The position numbers and the translations under genes are program-made. 64,000 bases of DNA from positions 515,271-579,270 of the forward strand of contig BOKR01000001.1 of assembly GCA_016861085.1 (NCBI GenBank). Reading direction: 5' to 3'. The DNA is from Patescibacteria group bacterium. GTDB taxonomy: Bacteria > Patescibacteriota > Microgenomatia > UBA1400 > PJMF01. The notes beneath the pieces are model-generated. The model did not search any database. It was not told the origin of the DNA and saw only the letters and a program-made list of their open reading frames with translations. Below, piece by piece: positions 9,146 to 19,100 of this stretch (position 1 is the first letter of the stretch; the number at the start of each line of letters is the position of its first letter).

Positions 9146-10378
9146 TTATTCTTTTACTCCAAGTTGATAGAGTTTGATGTTTGTTTTTTTAAAGTCTGAA
9201 TTCAAAAACAAGTTTCTTGTATCATAAACAAAAATGATGTTTTGGTAGCGAGAAAAATCAATTCTTTTATACAAGTCATGATCAGTCAAAACTATTAGTA
9301 TATTTGATAATTTCAAAATGCTTTCTAATTCAAGAAAATCTTTGTTTTTAACAAAAGGATCATTTATTTTCACAGAATAATTTTTTGATAGCAACTCGAA
9401 TATTTTTTTACTTGGAGTTTCTCTTGAATCGTCAATATTTTTCTTGTATGCATAGCCAAGTAACCCTATTTTAGGTTTTTTTACTTTATTTTTTAGAATG
9501 AGGGAATCAATTTTTGCTTGTATTATTTGAGACATTTCTTTGTTTATAAGTAAACTTTTTTCTATCAAGCCTTGATTCTTAGATTCAGGGTCTATAAAAA
9601 ACCAAGGATCGATTGGTATACAATGACCACCTACCCCTGGCCCTGGTTGATGAATTGCAACTCTGGGGTGTTTATTTGAAAGATTGATTGCCTCCCAAAC
9701 ATTAAAATCTAGTTTCTGGGCTATTTGTGAGAACTCGTTTGCTAGTGCGATATTGACTGCTCTATATGTGTTTTCCATTACTTTACAGGCTGCTGCAGTT
9801 GTTGGGTCTGTTGAAAACAAATTACCTTTTACAAACTTTGAGTACAGTAAAGTAGTAGCTTCATTACTCAAAGCATCTATGCCACCAACTATTCTATCGT
9901 TATGAATCATTTCATATAAAGTATTCCCGGGTATTGCTCGTTCTGGACAGTGTGCAAATAAAAATGGTTTGTTCCATGCCTTTATTTTTGGAATTAAAAT
10001 ATCGACACAGTCTCTGGGTGCAATTGTTGATTCAATAATGATTAAATCATTATCTTGAAAAACTTCTCCTATCGAATCTAATGCAGATAAAACAAATTTT
10101 AATTCAGCTGTACCTTTTTTAGCAGGAGTTGGTACTGCTACAATGTATACATCAGAATGTTTTAGGGTTGTTGTTGGAGTAAAGGTTTGTTTTTTTAAAA
10201 CGTTTTTAAATAATGTATCGAGCCCTTTTTCTTCGAAAAACAATTTTTTATTTTTGAGTTTCTCTATTTTCTCAGAATCAATGTCGTAACCAGTTACAGC
10301 AATTCCGGCATTTGCTAAGAGTAACGCAGTTGGCAGACCAATATAACCAAGCCCAAGCATTGTTACTGATTGTTTCAT
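9146..10378 (-). CDS. wecC: UDP-N-acetyl-D-mannosamine dehydrogenase (nucleotide-sugar dehydrogenase)
   Basis: GLGYIGLPTA, VPTP, IEST, CPERAIPG, KVMENTYR, PGPGVGGHCIPIDP and YKKNIDDSRETP. Adjacent to wecB. Confidence 0.85.
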   Translation of the reverse strand: MKQSVTMLGLGYIGLPTALLLANAGIAVTGYDIDSEKIEKLKNKKLFFEEKGLDTLFKNVLKKQTFTPTTTLKHSDVYIVAVPTPAKKGTAELKFVLSALDSIGEVFQDNDLIIIESTIAPRDCVDILIPKIKAWNKPFLFAHCPERAIPGNTLYEMIHNDRIVGGIDALSNEATTLLYSKFVKGNLFSTDPTTAAACKVMENTYRAVNIALANEFSQIAQKLDFNVWEAINLSNKHPRVAIHQPGPGVGGHCIPIDPWFFIDPESKNQGLIEKSLLINKEMSQIIQAKIDSLILKNKVKKPKIGLLGYAYKKNIDDSRETPSKKIFELLSKNYSVKINDPFVKNKDFLELESILKLSNILIVLTDHDLYKRIDFSRYQNIIFVYDTRNLFLNSDFKKTNIKLYQLGVKE

Positions 10379-10380
10379 AT

Positions 10381-11445
10381 TTATTTCTCCAAAAGCTTTT
10401 CTACAATTATTTTACTTGCCGTTCCATCTCCAAAAGAGTTATTCCAATTTACGGTATTATTTTTAAAAGAATTCCACGCTGCGTTGAACTTGCGTTTACT
10501 GGTGTCTATTATAAAATTTGCTGTCAAAGTTTCTGGTCGTTCTGTTGAGTCACGAAGGGTAACGAGTGGTTTTTTAAGAACATATGCCTCTTCCTGGATG
10601 CCTCCGGAGTCCGTCATTATTAAACTCGCATTATTCAGCAAGGATAACATATCAATGTATCCTACTGGAGAAATGAGACTAATATTTTTGCTTGTACTTA
10701 TATTAAACTCCAAGAGTTTACTTTTTGTCCTTGGGTGTATTGGAAATAAAACTTTCTTGTTCAGTCTCATTGAGGCGTGTTCAACTAAGCTAATCAATTT
10801 AGATAATGATGCTTTTTTGTCGACATTTTCTGCTCTATGTGCTGTTAACAAAATATAAGTATCAGTATCAATTTTTAGTTTTTTGAGTAGTTTTGATTTT
10901 TCTGAGAGTTTAATGTGATCGTAAAGAGCGTCGACTACTGTATTACCGGTAACAGTAATTTGCTTTTTTTGTATTCCTTCATTGAGGAGGTTTTGTTTGG
11001 CAGTTTCTGTTGGTGCAAAGAGAAAGTCACTGATCCTATCAACAATAATTCTATTAATTTCTTCTGGCATCCTGTAATCAAAGCTTCTAAGTCCGGCTTC
11101 AATATGCCCAACTTTTATATGAAGCTTTTTGGCAGCTAGCGCACCTCCTAAGGTCGTATTTGTATCTCCGTGAACCAGAATAACTGATGGTTTGTGTTTT
11201 AAGCACAAAGCTTCAACACCCTCCATAATTTTTCCTGTTTGTGTTGCATGTGTAGCACTTCCAACATTAAGGTTATAGTCAGGTCGTTTTAGCTTTAAGT
11301 CCTTTAAGATGATTCTATCCATATCATAAGAATAATGTTGATTAGAGTGAATAAAAATATGAGGAGTTTTACCTTGCTGCAGTCTTCTTAAAATTGGTGC
11401 TACTTTAATTAGTTCCGGCCTAGTTCCTACAAGTACTGCTATCAT
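10381..11445 (-). CDS. wecB: UDP-N-acetylglucosamine 2-epimerase (non-hydrolysing)
   Basis: GTRPELIK, HGDTNT, HIEAGLRS, MPEEINR, HRAEN, TDSGGIQEEA and ERPE. Start refined to ATG 11445 (ATGA overlap). Confidence 0.93.
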   Translation of the reverse strand: MIAVLVGTRPELIKVAPILRRLQQGKTPHIFIHSNQHYSYDMDRIILKDLKLKRPDYNLNVGSATHATQTGKIMEGVEALCLKHKPSVILVHGDTNTTLGGALAAKKLHIKVGHIEAGLRSFDYRMPEEINRIIVDRISDFLFAPTETAKQNLLNEGIQKKQITVTGNTVVDALYDHIKLSEKSKLLKKLKIDTDTYILLTAHRAENVDKKASLSKLISLVEHASMRLNKKVLFPIHPRTKSKLLEFNISTSKNISLISPVGYIDMLSLLNNASLIMTDSGGIQEEAYVLKKPLVTLRDSTERPETLTANFIIDTSKRKFNAAWNSFKNNTVNWNNSFGDGTASKIIVEKLLEK

Positions 11446-12608
11446 AATAAATACTTTTTGGCTACTTTTTGCCAAGATAGGTTATTTTCTACTAATTCTC
11501 TACCATTTTTACCCATTTTTTTTCTTTGGTCAGAGTTTAAATATAGATATTCAATCTTTTTAGATAAATCTATAGAATCCCCTTTTTTATATAGTAAAGC
11601 ATTGTTGTTACTTAACCGTTCTTTAACACCAGCAGTGTGATTCACGATATATGGAAGCGAGCAAGCCGCTGCATCATTCATCGAAAGAGATTCTTGAAGT
11701 GGCCAAACAGCTACATCGCTTGCACTATAATATGCCGGAAGTTTTTTATAATTCTTGAACTCTTCCCAAATAATCTTCATTTTTGTATTTTCTGTGGCAA
11801 TATTCAAGCATGTTTCTTTATATTCGAGCGGACCACTTCCGACAAGTAGTAAATAAACATTTTTGTATTTTAAACACAGATTTTCAAATGCTTTAATCAG
11901 AATATCAATTCCCTTACTTTCAATAATCTTTCCGGTATAAATAATAAGAAAATCTTTTTCATTTATATTGTAGTGTTTTCTCACTTTTGTTCTAAGTAAT
12001 GGATCAAAGTGAAAAAGTTCTGTATTAGTTCCGTGTGAGGCTAAAACAATTTTTTTATTTAAACCATAGTACTTCTTAATAACACCTTTTGTTCCCTCTT
12101 GCACCGCAATAATTTTATCTATCTTTTTGTTAATCAAATTTGAAAATAATAACCTGAAAACGAAGTAGAAAGCTTTTTTTAATACTACTTGTGAAGAAAA
12201 CAATTCAGAGGGCAAATGACTATCCACACCTACAAATTTAAAGTTACTGTTATTCTTAAATAGTGAAACTTGAATACTAGCAGGTGTAGTCAATCCAAAA
12301 ACAATAACATAGTTGGGACGAAAAGATTTTATTTTTTGATAAATTCCAAAGAATCCTGACCTTGCAAAAAATTCGAAGTAAACTTTTTGACGAGTAACAA
12401 AAATGCCGTTTTCTTTTTTCTTGCTGGTACCAACTAGTCTAGTTCCTAAGACACTCTGTACGGTCTTTTCATAGTTTGGAAATGGAAAGTATCTGTCTCC
12501 GGTGATTACTTCAACACTATGACCAAGACTTAAAAGTGCCCGAGCTATCTCAGACTCTGCGTAAGATAGTTTTGGTTGAAAATAGTTGCATACTAAAAGT
12601 ATTTTCAT
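11442..12608 (-). CDS. GT4 (GT-B) glycosyltransferase
   Basis: MKILLV, YTGKIIESKGIDILIKAF, YSASDVAVWP, MGKNGRELVE..SW. Confidence 0.85.
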   Translation of the reverse strand: MKILLVCNYFQPKLSYAESEIARALLSLGHSVEVITGDRYFPFPNYEKTVQSVLGTRLVGTSKKKENGIFVTRQKVYFEFFARSGFFGIYQKIKSFRPNYVIVFGLTTPASIQVSLFKNNSNFKFVGVDSHLPSELFSSQVVLKKAFYFVFRLLFSNLINKKIDKIIAVQEGTKGVIKKYYGLNKKIVLASHGTNTELFHFDPLLRTKVRKHYNINEKDFLIIYTGKIIESKGIDILIKAFENLCLKYKNVYLLLVGSGPLEYKETCLNIATENTKMKIIWEEFKNYKKLPAYYSASDVAVWPLQESLSMNDAAACSLPYIVNHTAGVKERLSNNNALLYKKGDSIDLSKKIEYLYLNSDQRKKMGKNGRELVENNLSWQKVAKKYLL

Positions 12609-13282
12609 TTTTTTATAAAAGTGAAGTTGTAATACTCTTTCTTTACTAATTTGTAACCACTGCCAGTTAACTTTTTTACCATGCTATACATCCTTTTTAA
12701 GGATGCAGGCTGATCAAATTCAACACATATAATGTTAGGGTAAATCTTATCATTTAGCATTTTTTTCAAAACTGCATACTCTGCTCCCTCTATATCTATC
12801 TTTAATAGGTCAATTTTGCTGTGTTTGAGTTTTTGCATTATTAATTTGAGAGTTACACAATTTGCTTCAAAGAACTCATTTGTTTTGTGTAGATTAACTA
12901 TAGAGTGTGAAACATGGTTCTTATTTGCTGGTGTAAAAAATTTTTTCTTTGTACTATTTTTCCATAGTCCAAATGGAATAAAAATAAAGCGATCATCCTT
13001 AACATTCTTGCTGACATATTCTATCGATCTTGGTGTAGGATCAAAAGCAAACACCTTTACATTAAACTTTTTTATTAGCTCGAGATCGAAACTCACATCT
13101 TCGCCAACCCCACCTGAGTAACAAATTGAATTCTCATTTAAAATATTCCGAGGAATCCACCAAGATGCGCCAGAATTGCCAAATTTCTGACATACTATTT
13201 TTCTATCGGTAATAAAAAAAAAGATACCTTCACTCAAGACCAACTTTGAATAGTATACTAATTTTTTAAAAATGCTTTTCAT
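12605..13282 (-). CDS. FkbM family methyltransferase
   Basis: YSGGVGEDVSFD, AFDPTP, IDLLKIDIEGAEY, ICVEF. Confidence 0.85.
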   Translation of the reverse strand: MKSIFKKLVYYSKLVLSEGIFFFITDRKIVCQKFGNSGASWWIPRNILNENSICYSGGVGEDVSFDLELIKKFNVKVFAFDPTPRSIEYVSKNVKDDRFIFIPFGLWKNSTKKKFFTPANKNHVSHSIVNLHKTNEFFEANCVTLKLIMQKLKHSKIDLLKIDIEGAEYAVLKKMLNDKIYPNIICVEFDQPASLKRMYSMVKKLTGSGYKLVKKEYYNFTFIKK

Positions 13283-14411
13283 ATAGCTTTTCGTATTTTT
13301 TTGCCATTACTTTTGTAGTATAGCTTGTATTTACAAGTCTTTTTGCATCTTCCTTCATTTTATTAAGCAATCCTTTATTTTTTACAACAAGTTTAAATAA
13401 ATGAGAGAGTTCTTTTTCTAACTTTGAAACCCGAACTATAAATCCGGCATTTTTATTCTCAACTTCGGGAAAATTACATCCGTCACTAATTACAACCGGA
13501 ACGCCTTCTCGCATTGATTCCAGTATGCTTATTGAAAAGCCTTCAGCATATGAAGGATGAATAAATAAATCTGAAATTTTGTAGAGTTCTTTTTTTTCTT
13601 TTTCGCCCACAAAACCTAAAAAATAAACATCTTTTATATCTAAGTTTGCAATGATTGTTTCAAGTTCAGTTTTTCCTCCATCATCAGGTCCAGCTATAAT
13701 AAATTGTGCGTTGATTCTAGATTTCTTCAGAGCTAGTAATGATTCTTTTAAACCTTTTTGTTGGTGGATTTTTCCGATGTACAGTAATGTTATTTTATCT
13801 TTATTTTTTAAAGCTGAAAACTTTTGAGTAGGCTCTACCGATAGTTTCGAAACACCATTATATATGGTAACAATATTATTTAAGCCAAGTTGCTTGAGAT
13901 CATACGCTTCCTTTTGAGAAACAGCTATTACTTGTGTAGCTTTTTTCAAAAAATATATAGAAACTGGAAGCAGTGCTTTCTTAATAGCTGTTTTTTTCTT
14001 CAATCTGAGTGGATCCAAAACTCCGTGAGGAGTCCAAAAAAGTGGTTTTTTGAGAATTATAGAAAGCAATGCTATTAGAAGCTGAGGTATGATAAATACA
14101 TCATGGATATGAACCACATCATATGTCTTGTTATTCTTTATAAAATCAAATACCATGCCGAATCCGGTAAAAAATCTAATTTTAAAAGCTAATGCGTTGA
14201 AAGTATTTCTAAAATATTTCACATGAAAATTATGAGTTGAATTTATTTTTTCTGACTTCAGAATTCTTCTTACTTGATCCCAAACGTCAGTTGTATATAT
14301 TGTCACTGAATTTCTTGATGATAATTGTTTACTCAAATCATAAACCATTTGAGCTGGACCACCATAAGTAAGAGCTGGATAGAGGTAAGAACAAACTTGC
14401 AAAATTCTCAT
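13266..14411 (-). CDS. GT4 glycosyltransferase
   Basis: YGGP, TPHG, IYNGV, IGKIHQQKG, AGPDDG, PSYAEGFSISILES. Confidence 0.9.
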   Translation of the reverse strand: MRILQVCSYLYPALTYGGPAQMVYDLSKQLSSRNSVTIYTTDVWDQVRRILKSEKINSTHNFHVKYFRNTFNALAFKIRFFTGFGMVFDFIKNNKTYDVVHIHDVFIIPQLLIALLSIILKKPLFWTPHGVLDPLRLKKKTAIKKALLPVSIYFLKKATQVIAVSQKEAYDLKQLGLNNIVTIYNGVSKLSVEPTQKFSALKNKDKITLLYIGKIHQQKGLKESLLALKKSRINAQFIIAGPDDGGKTELETIIANLDIKDVYFLGFVGEKEKKELYKISDLFIHPSYAEGFSISILESMREGVPVVISDGCNFPEVENKNAGFIVRVSKLEKELSHLFKLVVKNKGLLNKMKEDAKRLVNTSYTTKVMAKKYEKLYEKHF

Positions 14412-15451
14412 ACAATCTTTTCAATGATTATAAAGTAGATATGAAGAATTGGATTGACAACGTATTTGATAAGAGGGTTTGAAAATTTCTCGAATGTTAT
14501 GGCTGATTCGAATTGTTTAAAAATAGTGGAATCAGCAACTTTCCTCTTACTTTGTATAAATGACCTTTTTTCTACTATATGCTTGTAACTTTTTAGAATA
14601 CTCATATATGTTCTCAATTTAGTTGTACCCCATCTATCAAAGAAAGCAAATATGAGCATTCCCAACTCCATAAATATAAACATTGGGAGTAACAACAAAA
14701 GAGTTTTGATTGAGTAATTTTTTAAGATAGTTACTATTCGATTTCGCTCAATATAAAACAGTTTTTTTTGTAACGGTTGATATGTTTCCTTTGGAATGTA
14801 TTTATAATCGTGAAATAAAATACTCTTCGGTGCGAAAACCATTTTTTTATCGAGTAAATTGAATTTCCAAGATAAATCACTGTCTTCATAATACATAAAA
14901 TAGAATTCATCAAATCCACCAGCCTCAAGAAAGTCTTTCTTGTTTAGCAACACTCCAGAACCACTCAGTGAAAACAATTCACTTTTTTTGGGAATTCTAA
15001 CTTGATTAAAATCACGAAGCCAATCAAACCCTAAATAATGGGTTACTTTTCCAGTTAAATTAATAGTTTTTTTATCAAATAAATACACTAATGGTTGTAC
15101 AGCAGCAATATTTTTTTCATTTATCTCGTTTACTAATGGAGTTAAGAAATTTTTGTCAACAATTGTGTCAGGATTTATAACAAAAAATAGATCACCACGT
15201 GCCATAGCTATTGCTGCATTGTTCGCCTTAGCATATCCTAGATTTTGTGAATTAAAACTTACAACACTTTTATTGGGAAATTTTTTTTGATATTTCAGAA
15301 TAATTTTTTTTGTATTATCACTTGAATTATTGTCAACAATAATAACCTCGAACTGAGGATAGATATTAGAATAAAGCGACACCAAACAAGCTTCTAAATA
15401 TTCTTCAGAGTTATAAGTAACCAAAATAATTGAAACTAAAGGGCTTTTCAT
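14408..15451 (-). CDS. GT2 glycosyltransferase (rhamnosyltransferase-like)
   Basis: VSIILVTYNS, VDNNSSD, NLGYAKANN, NPD and GGFDEFYFMYYEDSDL. Start refined to 15451 (ATGA). Confidence 0.9.
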   Translation of the reverse strand: MKSPLVSIILVTYNSEEYLEACLVSLYSNIYPQFEVIIVDNNSSDNTKKIILKYQKKFPNKSVVSFNSQNLGYAKANNAAIAMARGDLFFVINPDTIVDKNFLTPLVNEINEKNIAAVQPLVYLFDKKTINLTGKVTHYLGFDWLRDFNQVRIPKKSELFSLSGSGVLLNKKDFLEAGGFDEFYFMYYEDSDLSWKFNLLDKKMVFAPKSILFHDYKYIPKETYQPLQKKLFYIERNRIVTILKNYSIKTLLLLLPMFIFMELGMLIFAFFDRWGTTKLRTYMSILKSYKHIVEKRSFIQSKRKVADSTIFKQFESAITFEKFSNPLIKYVVNPILHIYFIIIEKIV

Positions 15452-16458
15452 AGAAAACCGTTTTCTATATACCATTCACCCACAATTTTTGAGCCTTCTT
15501 TAAATGACACCTTTGGTTTGTATTCTAATTCTTTTTTTGCTTTAGAAATATTATAGTAATAAGTTGTAGTCATTGTTTTCACTCTAGAGGGAAATAATGG
15601 TAGCGTTTTCCCAGTTGCCCTTGTAAGGATCTGAAAAATATATGCTATACATAATGCTAGTGGTTTAGAAATACAGAGCTTGGGCACTGGTTTCCCAATG
15701 CTTTGCGCCACGTACTTTACTACATCTTTGAATTGGGTTGGATTAGGTCCTGCAATAATGTACTCTCCCGATGATCTTTTAGAAGCACCAGCTAAATATG
15801 TTGCAACTACCAGATCTCTGACAAATACATAATGCATTTTGTTGCTACCATTTCCGATCATTAGAAACTGTCCTGATTTAACAGCCTTATACAGCGCTAG
15901 AGTTGGGCCTTTTTCTCTTGGTCCATAGACACTGGCAGGACGGATAATTGCATATGCTAAACCATATTTTTTGTGAGCTGCTCTTACTGCTTTTTCTGCT
16001 TCCCATTTTGATCTACCATAAAAATTGGTATATGAAGGTTCATGAGTTTCATCCCAATTAACAATGTCACCGATACCTGCTGGCAGCCCATGAACTCCAA
16101 TACTACTATAGTTGATAAATTTCTTAAAATTTTTATTTTTTACAGCTTGAGTAAGTAGGTTCTTTGTCCCTTGTACATTTACATCTTCATATTCAGCATA
16201 CGTTTTGCCATCAAAATCAATTCGGGCAGCAAGATGATACACAGTCGTGACAGTTTCCATTGCTTTTGCAACATCCTTTTTATTTCTGATATCGCCAACT
16301 ATAATGTCAAAATTCCTTTTGGGTAAATTCTCAAGAGATTCTCCAGTTTTTATGAAAAGACGAAGACTAGATATCGGAATTTTTTTTTCGAGGAGATACT
16401 CAACTAAATGAGAGCCAATAAACCCAGCGGCACCAGTAACAAGTATCTTTTCTTTCAT
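15448..16458 (-). CDS. NAD-dependent epimerase/dehydratase (extended SDR)
   Basis: TGAAGFIG, HLAA, catalytic YxxxK (YGRSK), RPASVYGP. Confidence 0.9.
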   Translation of the reverse strand: MKEKILVTGAAGFIGSHLVEYLLEKKIPISSLRLFIKTGESLENLPKRNFDIIVGDIRNKKDVAKAMETVTTVYHLAARIDFDGKTYAEYEDVNVQGTKNLLTQAVKNKNFKKFINYSSIGVHGLPAGIGDIVNWDETHEPSYTNFYGRSKWEAEKAVRAAHKKYGLAYAIIRPASVYGPREKGPTLALYKAVKSGQFLMIGNGSNKMHYVFVRDLVVATYLAGASKRSSGEYIIAGPNPTQFKDVVKYVAQSIGKPVPKLCISKPLALCIAYIFQILTRATGKTLPLFPSRVKTMTTTYYYNISKAKKELEYKPKVSFKEGSKIVGEWYIENGFL

Positions 16459-16461
16459 GAA

Positions 16462-17187
16462 TCAACTCTCTAAATTATATTTTAGAATTGCCCACACAGC
16501 CCTAAACGCATCTTTTAATCCGATTTTTTTACCATCCTCATATGTACGACCATGATAAGATATTCCAACTTCATAAATTCGAGCTTTTAATTTGGAGACT
16601 TTTGCTGTAACTTCTGGCTCAATACCAAAAGAGTTCTCTTTTATTTCAATCGACTGAATAATTTCTCTTCTAAAAACTTTGTAACAGGTTTCCATGTCAG
16701 TCATATTTAAGTTAGTAAACATATTTGAAAGAAGAGTAAGTAATGTATTTGCTGCATAATGCCAAAAATATACAACTCTATGAGCCTCTGATCCCATAAA
16801 TCGAGAACCATACACCACATCAGCTCTGCCTTCAAGAATTGGTTGAATAAGTTTTTTGTACTCCTTTGGGTCATACTCCAAATCTGCATCTTGAATGATT
16901 ACAATGTCACCGGTAGCTCTTGAAATGCCCTCACGAAGTGCTGATCCCTTACCACCGTTTTTATCTTTAAGGACTAAAACATCAATCGTACTTTTTATTT
17001 TTTCTAAAAGTTTTCGAGTGCTATCAGTGGATTTGTCATCAACCACAATCAATTCAAGCGATGAAATCCCACTATTTCTTACTTGCTTAATGATCTCAAC
17101 TATAGTTGCCTCTTCGTTGTACACCGGCATAACCACAGAGAGAAGTGGTTTTATTTTTTTTGTTTTAGTTTGCTTTTTTACGTTCAT
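16462..17187 (-). CDS. GT2 polyprenol-phosphate glycosyltransferase (DPM1/PpgS-like)
   Basis: [55 protein letters not shown]. Confidence 0.9.
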   Translation of the reverse strand: MNVKKQTKTKKIKPLLSVVMPVYNEEATIVEIIKQVRNSGISSLELIVVDDKSTDSTRKLLEKIKSTIDVLVLKDKNGGKGSALREGISRATGDIVIIQDADLEYDPKEYKKLIQPILEGRADVVYGSRFMGSEAHRVVYFWHYAANTLLTLLSNMFTNLNMTDMETCYKVFRREIIQSIEIKENSFGIEPEVTAKVSKLKARIYEVGISYHGRTYEDGKKIGLKDAFRAVWAILKYNLES

Positions 17188-17500
17188 CAATCGCCTGCTT
17201 TCTAACAAATTCCTCTAATTTCTTTTGATTTTCTTTTTGCATGAAATAACTTAAAACCACAAGTACTGTGAGTACCATTAGCGCCAAAACTAATAATAAA
17301 TCAAAAACTCTTTGAAAACTAAGTCGCTGTGTAATTCCAGTTAGGAGATCTGGGAATAATGCTATTATGACAAATAAACCCCACATAGAATACCAAAAGG
17401 ACATTTCAATTAAAGACAGTTTTGATTTGTTTTTGTGAATGGACACCACATACATCATGAATAGAGCAAATAACGTCGCACCAATTTGAAATATACTCAT
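17165..17500 (-). CDS. DUF2304 family small membrane protein
   Basis: Three hydrophobic helices, W..W..FP, R..D and C-terminal EEFVRKQAI. Lies between two DPM-like GT2 genes, the typical context. Confidence 0.75.
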   Translation of the reverse strand: MSIFQIGATLFALFMMYVVSIHKNKSKLSLIEMSFWYSMWGLFVIIALFPDLLTGITQRLSFQRVFDLLLVLALMVLTVLVVLSYFMQKENQKKLEEFVRKQAIDERKKAN

Positions 17501-18171
17501 AATGATATTCTCCAACTCAATATCTTTGTTATCATACGCACAGTATCCAAAATTGTCATCCCCCGCTCTAAATCATGATATATCGTTTTTATTGGGATCG
17601 TACTAAAGGGCATTTTATATTTTGCTGTTCTTGCAGCTATTTCCATTTCAACTGCATAATCTTGAGAATTCCATGCTAATTTTTTGTAGGCATGTTTTGA
17701 AATTGCTTTATAGCCACTTGGAATATCAGGAATATACTCACCAAATAAAAAGTAGATTACAGCAGAAGCAAGTCTATTCATCATAATTCTAACTAATGGC
17801 ATCTTGTCATCAAATGCTCTCACACCAAATACTACGTCTGATGATTCTAGTGCCTTATAAAAGAGCGAGAGTTCTTCTGGATCATGTTGATCATCACTAT
17901 CCATAAAAATAACTGCATCAGCTTTGAGTGTTTTAAAAGCATATTCGCAGCCAGTTTTAAGTGCAGCTCCTTTTCCAAGGTTAATAGAGTGGCATAACAC
18001 ATGCGGAGTTAGTTTTTGTGCTATTATTGCCATTTTGTCTTGAGACCCATCATCAACAACAATAATATTTTTGGATTGCTTTAGAACCTTTTTTAGAACG
18101 GTGGAAATATATTTTTCCTCATTTAATCCTGGAATAATAATCCAGACGTTATCTTTGAGCTGCTTACTCAT
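17497..18171 (-). CDS. GT2 polyprenol-phosphate glycosyltransferase (DPM/PpgS-like)
   Basis: IIPGLNEE, VDDGSQD, NLGKGAALKTG, MDSDDQHDP, D..SGYKA. Confidence 0.88.
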   Translation of the reverse strand: MSKQLKDNVWIIIPGLNEEKYISTVLKKVLKQSKNIIVVDDGSQDKMAIIAQKLTPHVLCHSINLGKGAALKTGCEYAFKTLKADAVIFMDSDDQHDPEELSLFYKALESSDVVFGVRAFDDKMPLVRIMMNRLASAVIYFLFGEYIPDIPSGYKAISKHAYKKLAWNSQDYAVEMEIAARTAKYKMPFSTIPIKTIYHDLERGMTILDTVRMITKILSWRISL

Positions 18172-19091
18172 TAGTCTTTCCAGTAGTTCACAAAGTACTC
18201 TACAGTTTCTGTAATACCTTCATTAATACTAACTCGTGCGTGCCAGCCAAGTATATCTCTTGCTTTTTGAGCACTCGCATACAATACCAATGGATCACCA
18301 GGTCGCTCTGGCATGTGCACAATATTTGCTTTTTTTCCTAGTACGCGTTCAACTTCATGAGCAATTTCTAAGACGGTAGTTGGTTTTTCTGTACTCAAAT
18401 TGAAGTAATGATATTGTCTAGGATTTTTAAGAGCAAACTCTAATGACTTCATATGTGCATCAACAATATCTCGTACATGGATGTAATCTCTTTGGTGTTC
18501 ACCAGAGCCATATACTGTGACCTCTTGATCATTATAAATTTGTTTAATAAATCTTGGCATGGCATGAGATTCTGGTTCATGATGTTCCTCAGGACCATAT
18601 AAATTAAAGTATCGTAGGGCAACTCCAGTAAAACCATGTGCCTGAACATAACTTGAAATGAGGCCCTCCATAGCTAATTTTGTCATACCATATGGATTAA
18701 TTGGGATTGTTCTGTCATTCTCTTTAATTGGAATGTGTTGAGGTTCGCCATACACTGCTGCTGAAGAAGAAAATAAGATAGTCTTAATACCATTTTCTCT
18801 CATAGCCTCTAAAACTGATACTGTTCCAGAAATATTAACATCTACAAATCTTTGTGGGTGTTTAACTGACTCACCAGCTTCAATTAAGCCTGCAAAATGT
18901 AAAACCGCGTCAGCATCTCTAATTTCTTCTCGCATGCGCTTTGTATCTAGGATATCAGCAATTACCGTTTCGACATTTGAATCTTTGCTTGGCTTGATGT
19001 CAATATTTTTGATTTGATGACCCGCGATCTGTAGTGCACGAATCATATGTGTGCCCAAAAATCCTGAACCTCCAGTAACAATAATCTTCAT
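18171..19091 (-). CDS. galE: UDP-glucose/GlcNAc 4-epimerase (GalE-like SDR)
   Basis: TGGSGFLG, HFAGLIEAGESV, FSSSAAVYG, NPYGMTK, LRYFN, RDYIHV, RPGDP. Confidence 0.75.
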   Translation of the reverse strand: MKIIVTGGSGFLGTHMIRALQIAGHQIKNIDIKPSKDSNVETVIADILDTKRMREEIRDADAVLHFAGLIEAGESVKHPQRFVDVNISGTVSVLEAMRENGIKTILFSSSAAVYGEPQHIPIKENDRTIPINPYGMTKLAMEGLISSYVQAHGFTGVALRYFNLYGPEEHHEPESHAMPRFIKQIYNDQEVTVYGSGEHQRDYIHVRDIVDAHMKSLEFALKNPRQYHYFNLSTEKPTTVLEIAHEVERVLGKKANIVHMPERPGDPLVLYASAQKARDILGWHARVSINEGITETVEYFVNYWKD

Positions 19092-19100
19092 ATTTTTCCT

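Noticed and set aside
10370-10858. 162-aa plus-strand ORF
   Set aside because: Antisense shadow of wecB with no recognisable motifs.
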